Source: Piromyces finnis finn (lineage: Eukaryota; Fungi; Neocallimastigomycota). From it: a DNA stretch of 21,576 nucleotides. The notes under the pieces were generated by a model. It did not search any database. It saw nothing but the letters and a program-made list of their open reading frames with translations, and was not told the origin of the DNA. The position numbers and the translations under genes are program-made. This document shows, piece after piece, positions 1 through 8,369 of the stretch. Position 1 is the first letter of the stretch. The number at the start of each line of letters is the position of its first letter. The stretch spans positions 1-21,576 of the forward strand of contig MCFH01000170.1 in assembly GCA_002104945.1 (NCBI GenBank). Direction: 5' to 3'.

Positions 1-159
1 AAAAAAATAAAATATTCATATTTAATAAATTTTAATTATTTCGCAATACTAAAATTGCTTATCTACTAAAATATTTTTAATATTTGTATATAGAATTATG
101 TAAATATAACAATTTATAATTTAAACAAAAATCTAAAACATTACAAATCATATTCTTCT

Positions 160-549
160 TTATAATCTTTCAGTACTACTACGAAGAGAATTAGACGAAA
201 TATTAATATCAACAAAATAAGCTTTGCAAGTAAAATTTACCATTGGTACCCCATTAATCATTCGTTCATTAACTAACACATAACAAACTTTAATAATAGG
301 ATAAATATTACCATGAATATAGCAAAAAGTGTCTTTGGAAAGAAGATCAGCAACTTCTTTTGAATAAACATCACCGCAATACACATTAGTTCCTATTTTG
401 AACTTTTCTTTAATTGGATCCTTGAAATAACGGAAATTAATATATTCAGCATCTTTACTTTTATTAATTATCCCAGTGTACGTCCAATTTTGAGTGTAAG
501 TTACCTTATTTTTAGTAAGTAAGTTTGAGATAGGTGAAGTCATATCCAT
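160..549 (-). CDS. 129 aa hypothetical protein, possibly OB-fold / SSB-like (left-arm copy, intact)
   Basis: Open ORF from ATG to TAA. Beta-rich. EVADLLSKDTFCYIHGNIY resembles the SSB segment (A..L.KG..VYIEG.L). Fold call is inference only. Confidence 0.5.
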   Translation of the reverse strand: MDMTSPISNLLTKNKVTYTQNWTYTGIINKSKDAEYINFRYFKDPIKEKFKIGTNVYCGDVYSKEVADLLSKDTFCYIHGNIYPIIKVCYVLVNERMINGVPMVNFTCKAYFVDINISSNSLRSSTERL

Positions 550-716
550 ATTCTTTATATAGTTTGAAATTAAATATTTTATTCTTTCATCAACTAATCG
601 AACATGTTCAATAATTATGGTTGAGGCAACAATACATGAATGTCCAATAAATTATTGAACATGTTCATTAGTTGATGAAAGAATAAAATATTTAATTTCA
701 AAACTATATAAAGAAT

Positions 717-1104
717 ATGGATATGACTTCACCTATCTCAAAACTTACTTACTAAAAATAAGGTAACTTACACTCAAAATTGGACGTACACTGGGATTTA
801 ATAAAAGTAAAGATGCTGAATATATTAATTTCCGTTATTTCAAGGATCCAATTAAAGAAAAGTTCAAAATAGGAACTAATGTGTATTGCGGTGATGTTTA
901 TTCAAAAGAAGTTGCTGATCTTCTTTCCAAAGACACTTTTTGCTATATTCATGGTAATATTTATCCTATTATTAAAGTTGTTATGTGTTAGTTAATGAAC
1001 GAATGATTAATGGGGTACCAATGGTAAATTTTACTTGCAAAGCTTATTTTGTTGATATTAATATTTCGTCTAATTCTCTTCGTAGTAGTACTGAAAGATT
1101 ATAA
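717..1104 (+). pseudogene. Mirror copy of the 129 aa ORF with two small indels
   Basis: atggatatgacttcacct at 717 mirrors the left ORF. Indels at ~807 (gggatttaa vs gggataattaa) and ~978 (aaagttgtt vs aaagtttgtt) break the frame. Confidence 0.85.
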
Positions 1105-1889
1105 AGAAGAATATGATTTGTAATGTTTTAGATTTTTGTTTAAATTATAAATTGTTATATTTACATAATTCTATATACAAATATTAAAAATATTTTAGTA
1201 GATAAGCAATTTTAGTATTGCGAAATAATTAAAATTTATTAAATATGAATATTTTATTTTTTTTAAAAATTTATTTATAATTCACACACACATATATATA
1301 TATATACATTATATTTAATATTTTCTTTCTTTTTTTTTTTCAAAAAAAAAGAATGAAGTAATAATGAAAATAAAATATTAAATATTAAAAATATAAAAAT
1401 AATAATTAATTATATTTTAGAAAGAATTTATGTAAATCTTCTATTTCTTTCTATTCCTATATATATAAATAACTAAATAAATAATAATATAAATAAGAAT
1501 TATAAGTATTATTTTGCTAAATTTGTAATAATTTAGTAAACTTGTTAATTTTTTTACCAATTAATAATTAAAGATAATAAAAAAAGGTTTATTTATTTAT
1601 TTTTTAATTTTTTAAAAAAAATATTTAGTCTAAACAATAAAAGAAAGTAAATTTTAATTATATTTTTAATATATTTTAAATTATATTTTAAATTATAAAA
1701 CAACTATTAAATTATAAGTAAATAAATACTTTTTCCAAACATCAATAATATTATACCTGTTGTTTTAATTAAACATGGTATTGAAGAAAGTAATGTATAT
1801 AATAAAAATGCTTGATAAGGTTTTTACTACAATATTCATTTATTTATCATTAGTTAAACATTAATATATATTCAATTAAATCAGTGTTT

Positions 1890-2766
1890 TCATGGTGTTA
1901 TTTCAAGTAATCGGTAATGTCCGAACAGATATTTTTTTATAGTTTCTATTAAAGACAATTCATCTTCAAGATTGTCAAAACATACGAGTATACTAACCTT
2001 TCTATCAATTCCTTTTTGTCATAAAATTATCAATATTTCTACCACGATTTATATTCCTAAGATTATTAGAATCATCTTCTTTTTTCGAATAAAGATTCAA
2101 GTCACTGCGCAAGTCACGATAACGAAGGGTGAAATCATTACATAAACATAAACATACTTTAGACGATTATTAATGCGTATAGATGTTTTTTCATTGTAAT
2201 GACGCTGAAATACAATGGATAAATTTTCAATTCCTTATTCTTCAATAGAGTCCAATTTTCAAAATTTCTATCGCTATACATGATCATATTACTAAAATCG
2301 TTAATGGAACGTTTTTTGTTACTACATAAGAGGAATTTTTAATGCTCGAAAAATATAAAATATAAAATAATTCTTTATATTCCATCCAGTAAGGACTTAA
2401 TAATTGTTTAAAATTCTTTAAATCATTTTTAAGACTATATTTTAAATGTCGAGGATTCTGTGTGTGTAAGTTGAGATATACTGTCGTAAAATTCTTTTAT
2501 TAATTTACTATTTAAAAGATCTTCCATATTTTTTATTTTCATTACAATTTCAGAATTTTCGGTAATTAACAAAGCTTTACTGGAGTTAGTTATCATTTTG
2601 AGGGTTATATTCGATAGTTTTATCTTTGTGCTTTTGGACGCTATTTTTTTTGGTGTGTATGCAGAGTAGTTAGGATTGTAGTGAGTAAGCATACTAAGTG
2701 ATGGGTTGCTTATACTTACATTAGCGCTATACAAAAATGGACATTTGGGACAGATTCAAGGAAAAT

Positions 2767-2803
<37 letters not shown>

Positions 2804-3421
2804 TTCCGAGTGCATTTCTCCCATCGATCAGAGTTAGCTCCAATGGTGGTTCTTAGAGAAACGTTGGCTCATTCCTATTGCTAGGTGGTTGGACCCTCCT
2901 GGTCTGTCATACTGTTTTCTTCAGCTTCGACGCTCACTTAATCCATGTACATTAGATGCATGTCGTTGTACGATATTTCACAACTACAATGCTAAGCCTC
3001 TTATAGTCAATTTGATCACGTTCAACCGCCCCCTAATGTTTACACTTAAATTGATTAAGGAATATTATGTGTTTTTGGCATAGCCTAAGTCACCACTTAT
3101 TAAGTTCTAATTTGGAATGTACCATGTACACTAGACCCTCTCAGGCCGGCTAGACGAGTGTTATATCATAGTAGTAAATTAGAAAGTTCATTTATACTTA
3201 CCTGAATATCATAACCCAACCCATGGCAAACCCAGTGGGAAAATCCACAGGCACTGACATCTGCGGGGTCGAACCAGAAGCCTTATGTATGCTAAGGAAA
3301 CGCCTTAACAACCAGGATAAAAACTGGAACGACTCAAGGAAAAATAAGCACATGAATATTCTAAATTTTTTTCATTAATAATAATATTTTTAGATTTAAT
3401 TATTTCAATAATTTTATTCAT
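1890..3421 (-). pseudogene. Unknown island ORF (~330 aa once the SINE is removed), interrupted by SINE copy 1 and several frameshifts
   Basis: Starts MNKIIEIIKSKNIIINEKNLEYSCAYF at 3421. Resumes beyond the SINE as (I)CPKCPFLYSANV (includes the listed 2435-2734 ORF). Continues by frame changes through KNDLKNFKQLLSPYWMEYKELF, MYSDRNFENWTLLKNKELK and FDNLEDELSLIETIKKYLFGHYRLLEITP*. Joining these into one gene is my reconstruction. Confidence 0.55.
2769..3333 (-). mobile_element. tRNA-derived SINE, copy 1 (533 bp body plus 32 nt poly(A))
   Basis: Minus strand begins gtcgttccag..., with A-box-like tggttgttaaggcg (3301-3314) and B-box ggttcgacccc (3265-3275). Poly(T) at 2769-2800. TSD tcaaggaaaataa (2756-2768) / tcaaggaaaaataa (3334-3347). 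Second copy at 6891-7465. Confidence 0.92.
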
Positions 3422-5658
3422 TATAAGGTATAAATAGGGGTACTCTTTTTCTGAAATCGTTTACACTTATATAGCAGCAGGTAGATGAATCGAATACACT
3501 TTTAAAATTCATTGCATGCTATGGAAAGGTATATCGGTAGAGTTTTACGTAGATAGTTTTTGGAATATGAAAATTGTCTATGGTATCGGTGTTGGTGTTG
3601 GTATTATTAGAATTAATTTCTGACTGATTATCACATATTAAAGACTCAATGGAAGCATTTTGTAAGGCGTTGTTATACATTAAAGCTTGATTATACTTTT
3701 TTCGCTAATAATATACTTAACATAATCATGCTGTAATTTATCGAATTTCATATTCGCATTCATGATCACTGTTATAAGCCATGTATAGATAAATATTAAC
3801 ATTCTTTGGTGTGGTGGTAAAGCGTCATGAGATCCCACTCTACGAATTCGGCCGATAATTTGGTTAATTTTTCATAATTCCAGTGCGGTGTCAATATGTG
3901 TAATTGGCGAATATTCATGATATCTACACTTTCCGATAATATATCACTTCCAAGAAGTACTTTAATAGTTGTACCATTTCTATTACTTGTATCATTAAAT
4001 ATGCCTAAGCGTTCCATAACGTTTGGGGCATAGTCTCTTATCTCCGGTAACAAAGGTAAAATTCCATTTTTTCTTGTTTCTGTTATTCGCATTTCTTTTA
4101 ATTCCGGATAGTTAATATTTCATTTAAAGATAACTTTTGTCCGAATTTTAATGCCTGATTTTTTATCATAAATGTATTTATAGCCCATTTCACAGAGTAA
4201 TGCAGCAAAATAATAAATACCTACTTCATCAATAATATTACAGTAAATAAAAACAGGACCATCCGGACTATTTTCACTATTAATGATTTTAAGGCATTCA
4301 TGTAATTTACAGCAGTAGTTTTCAAGTTTCTTTGATTGTTTTCTTATAATATTCTGAATAATACTGTTACTATTAATAATATTTTCATTTTTTAAAATGT
4401 ATCGATCATCTGAATTATTATTATTATTATTATTATTATTATCTGAATTATTATTATTATTATTATTATTACCTTCTGAATTATTATTATTATTATTATA
4501 TTACCTTCTGAATTATTATTATATTATTATTATTATTATATCTTCTGAATTATTATATTATTATTATTATTATTATTATTAGAATCATCGTTATTAACAT
4601 CATTTAAAATATTGTCAGAATCATTATCGTTATTTTCATCATCTGACATATTGTCAGAAAAATTTCATTATCATCATCATTTGAAATGGAAATAGAAATA
4701 TTTTCATCATTATTATTATCTGAAATATTGTTAGATGAACTTTCATCATAATTATCGTGTGAATCCTCTTCTTAAAACCAATTACACCAAGCGTTGCTTT
4801 CACATGACTAATTCCAATGTTGCATATACTTTTTGATTCACTAGCTAACGTTTTGTAATTTTCAAGTTGCAATCCTTTCATGGAAACTTTAAATATTTTA
4901 AAGCGTTCAATTCTTGGCACATGAGAACTATAAAATTAACTGATGTGTCCGGTGGATTTAATCCATAATACGATACATGACCTTTCATTATTTCTTCCAA
5001 TTTTTTCGGTGTTATTTAATACTGAAATCAAAATCAGGTTTTATTAATTTTACTAAACTTGTTATTTCATTATAATTATCGAAAATCGGAGTAGCCGACA
5101 TAAATAAGACTCTCGAATCTTTTATGTTATTTAAAAATTTAAGTAATTTATTATATATAATTTTATACCAACTGTATTTCGAAAATGGTGTATTTCGTCA
5201 ATGATTAAAAGCCTATTTTCATATAACGAAATATCTTTTATGGTTTCAACGGATTTACAAAAAGTAATGTAGGTATGAAATTCGATGTATCTTTTTATAA
5301 ATTGGTGATAATTGGTAATACCGGTTGGAGGTTGACGATAATTGTATGTGTAAGCGTACCATAACGCGACTCTCTGTTTAAATTCCATAATGGCCTCTTT
5401 ACTTTTTACCAATATAATACTGGTTTTTTATAAATATCAATGAAATTCAATAAAATCCATAGAGCTGTAAATGATTTCCCAGTACCCGGCGAATGATAAA
5501 TTAGAAATCTTTTAGCTATTTCATTTTCATTTGTCATATATCGTACAGGTAAAATTTGATATCGCTTCATATGGAGATTCTCTTCAATCAATTTTCTTCA
5601 GTATATATTTCTTTGAATTCCCGATATTTACAAAGTTCTGAATATCTGAATATGTCAT
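3414..5658 (-). CDS. SF2/SNF2-like helicase of the poxvirus D6/D11 (VETF-S / NPH-I) and yeast linear-plasmid ORF4 type; multiply frameshifted as assembled
   Basis: Motifs occur in order across frames: I FLIYHSPGTGKSFTA (~5480-5510); II LLIIDEIHHFR (~5180-5210); III VLFMSATPIFDN (~5075-5110); MKGHVSYYG; IV LENYCCK..GPVFIYCNIIDEVGIYYFAALLCEMGY (~4165-4330); FTFVTGD..FNDTSNRNGTTIKVLLGSDILSESVDIMNIRQLHILTPHWN; VI INQIIGRIRRVGSH (~3825-3870); DYVKYIISEKK. Start ATG at 5658. The C-terminal end is approximate. Confidence 0.88.
4400..4590 (-). repeat. Compound microsatellite (AAT)n-TCAGA(T/AGG) units inside the helicase; would encode poly-Asn / SEG
   Basis: Plus strand shows tctgaa(tta)n repeated 5 times between 4408 and 4580. 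It adjoins a D/N/S-rich stretch up to ~4765. Confidence 0.9.
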
Positions 5659-6047
5659 ATTTTTATTCTATATAAAATGAATTAAAATGAAATGATGGAA
5701 CTTAATAAAATGAAAAATCAAATTTAATATTAATTAATTAAATGGACCAAAATAATTCTTGGTAACTTGAATTTTTGTGAAGGATAAATAAATTTATATA
5801 TATTTAAATAATCATTTTAAAATTATCGAGTATTTTAAAAATATCTTTAATAAGTAACAAAAAGAGAAATCATTATGAATATTTAGATTCATTAATTCTG
5901 TTCTATACTACATTTCCTACATACATGATTGGAAAATAAATTAATATAAATTTATTTATTTTCTATTTATATATATATTTATATATATATAATTTATTAA
6001 ACTGTTTGTTCAATTAAAACATAAATTTATAAAAAAAGTAAATAGTC

Positions 6048-6058
6048 GGATTCGAACC
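6048..6058 (-). promoter_or_regulatory. Isolated perfect Pol III B-box (GGTTCGAATCC)
   Basis: ggattcgaacc on the plus strand. No A-box or cloverleaf upstream. Confidence 0.4.
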
Positions 6059-6295
6059 AATGGCATAATCCTTTTTTTTTTTACAGTATCAAATATTTTT
6101 AAACTTTATTATTAATTTAATTAAAATTATAATACATGTTATAAAAAAAACAAAATTAAAAATTAAAAATAAAAATAAAAAAAAAAAATGTTTAAATAAA
6201 CACAAATGAATAAAAAATTGGGTATATGTACTCTTGTAATTTTAATTAAAGTAAGAAAGCCTCGATTATTATACTAAAGTATAATAATTGTATTT

Positions 6296-6415
6296 GACTT
6301 CCAATGGGACACAGAGCCAAAGACCAAAATTTTATCAAGAAACAAAATTATGATCTCCATTGGTTGCGCTGGCCCTCCTGACCTGTCTTACTATTTCTTC
6401 AGCATTAATGCTCTT
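6296..6415 (-). mobile_element. Diverged relic related to the SINE 3' region
   Basis: ccctcctgacctgtcttactatttcttcagc (6373-6403) matches the SINE's ccctcctggtctgtcatactgtttcttcagc at 27 of 31 positions. Weaker flanking similarity (agaaac, ccaatgg). Confidence 0.65.
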
Positions 6416-6887
6416 TGTGACATAATCTATATCAAACTATATAACTAGTTACCTCTACATGGAGATTGAATTATAAAAGCTATTATAACGGTACTTAGTA
6501 TTATTATAAATATCAATTAAATAATTTAAGTTTATTATTTTTTTATTATAAAATGAAGAGTATATTATTAAAAAAAAATAATAGTTTAATGTTAATATTC
6601 TATATTATATAATAATAAAATAGGTATAAAGTTTAAAATTAAAAATTATATATATATATCCATATGTATATATATACAAATACAAATACAAATATAAATA
6701 TAAATAATAAAATTTTCAATATAGAAGTAAGCTTCTTTATATTTCAGAAATTTCATTTTCATTATCAATTATATTGAAAAACAATGTGTAATATAAATTA
6801 AAGTTTATTTTTTATTCGCCAATTATATTATTTTATATCTTAAAATGATATTTATTTTTCTATATATTAATATAAAAATAATTAAAT

Positions 6888-6890
<3 letters not shown>

Positions 6891-6933
<43 letters not shown>

Positions 6934-7465
6934 TTCCGAGTGCATTTCTCCCATCGATCAGAGTTAGCTCCAATGGTGGTTCTTAGAGAAACGTTGGCTC
7001 ATTCCTATTGCTAGGTGGTTGTGACCCTCCTGGTCTGTCATACTGTTTCTTCAGCTTCGACGCTCACTTAATCCATGTACATTAGATGCATGTCGTTGTA
7101 CGATATTTCACAACTACAATGCTAAGCCTCTTATAGTCAATTTGATCACGTGTCAACCGCCCCCTAATGTTTACACTTAAATTGATTAAGGAATATTATG
7201 TGTTTTTGGCATAGCCTAAGTCACCACTTATTAAGTTCTAATTTGGAATGTACCATGTACACTAGACCCTCTCAGGCCGGCTAGACGAGTGTTATTATCA
7301 TAGTAGTAAATTAGAAAGTTCATTTATACTTACCTGAATATCATAACCCAACCCATGGCAAACCCAGTGGGAAAATCCACAGGCACTGACATCTGCGGGG
7401 TCGAACCAGAAGCCTTATGTATGCTAAGGAAACGCCTTAACAACCAGGATAAAAACTGGAACGAC
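6891..7465 (-). mobile_element. tRNA-derived SINE, copy 2 (535 bp body plus ~40 nt poly(A))
   Basis: Same body as copy 1 (4 one-base indels, no substitutions seen). A-box-like 7433-7446, B-box 7397-7407. Poly(T) 6891-6930. TSD attaaataat(t) at 6881-6890 / 7466-7476. Confidence 0.93.
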
Positions 7466-7599
7466 ATTAAATAATTCTTTTATTGTTTTCTTTCTCTTTT
7501 ATTTTTCTATTTTTCAAATATATTAATATAAATTAAATATAAAACTAAAATTAAAAAGTATAAATAAATTAGTAAAAAAAAAATAAAAAAAAATAAAAA

Positions 7600-8369
7600 A
7601 TGGAAAATTTAGAAAAATATTATAATACGATTATTGATGAAATCACTAATAAAGCTGTAGAGGTTTTCAATAATAGCTATAATTTAGATATTAAAAAAGA
7701 AAGTATAATTGAGAATTTAGAAAGTGAAATTAGTAATCAACCACCAATAAAAGAAATGAATAAACTTTCCATTAATGATACTTGTATAGCAATCAAAAGG
7801 AATAAAACTACTTGCAAAAATAAGTGTACTCCTGGTCATGTTTATTGTGGTACACATTTACGTTCTGAAGGTAAGTTACCATTACCTGAACACATAAAAA
7901 TGGTTGCTAATAAATACAAATATGAAATTATTGCTAATACAGTATTATTAGGAAATGAATGGATATCTCAAAATAAGTTACCACTAGATTATAATATCAA
8001 TACTAAATGGCCTTTGAAAATTGAAAGTACTTCAAATTCTGTCAATTCTTACATTTTATTTTTACTGAATTTTCAGGTTATTTTGGAGCTGGAGTATTTG
8101 TTATTCATTATATTTCTTCAGATAAAAAGGAAAGCTATTATATGGCAACACATTATGTTGAAGTTAATAAGTATGGTGAAGATCTCCAATCAAATATGTA
8201 TGCAAAGGTATCATTAAAATCGATTGATTCACTTAAAGATAAACCAATATATAAAAAGATTATATCTTTTCTTGGTGAATATGGTATTCCATATGACATT
8301 AATGATATTAATAAAAGAATTAGTGATATCACTGAAAATAATCCTGTTGTAATGTATATAACATTATAA
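7600..8369 (+). CDS. ~255 aa protein with a C-x9-C-x3-C-x6-C-x2-H zinc-finger-like motif (large-DNA-virus type, DUF5763-like); one frameshift near 8025
   Basis: CIAIKRNKTTCKNKCTPGHVYCGTH. Adding one A in attgaaagtac joins the 7600 ORF to KYFKFCQFLHFIFTEFSGYFGAGVF...MATHYVEV...VMYITL* (the listed 8142-8369 ORF). The family name is from memory and unverified. Confidence 0.65.

Larger units (their letters stand above)
1..1263. repeat. Long palindrome: arms ~1-616 and ~650-1263 around a ~33 nt spacer
   Basis: 1-19 aaaaaaataaaatattcat is the reverse complement of 1245-1263, and the match continues inward to gttcaataatt (606-616) / aattattgaac (650-660). The only differences I found are small indels (near 599, 700, 807, 978). 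Confidence 0.97.

Noticed and set aside
2889-3083. 64 aa plus-strand ORF
   Set aside because: Lies antisense within the SINE, has a non-ATG start, and depends on indels not shared with copy 2.
3135-3152. 18-mer (minus strand tagccggcctgagagggt) matching a bacterial 16S rRNA segment as I recall it
   Set aside because: No flanking rRNA similarity. It is a short GAGA-tetraloop hairpin inside the SINE, so not an rRNA gene.
3255-3333. tRNA gene at the SINE head (also 7387-7465)
   Set aside because: Acceptor and T stems are mismatched and there is no canonical anticodon arm. Treated as a SINE promoter region.
4397-4582. Poly-Leu/Tyr ORF that looks like a membrane peptide
   Set aside because: It is the antisense reading of the (AAT)n microsatellite inside the helicase.
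5659-5725. Yeast linear-plasmid UCS promoter (ATNTGA)
   Set aside because: One ATTTGA ~60 nt upstream of the helicase ATG, and none at the usual distance before the other island ORFs. Expected by chance in AT-rich DNA.
7040-7062. CTGAAGA / GAAAC hammerhead-ribozyme-like words in the SINE tail
   Set aside because: The two words overlap, with no stem II and no correctly placed second GAAA or cleavage triplet.
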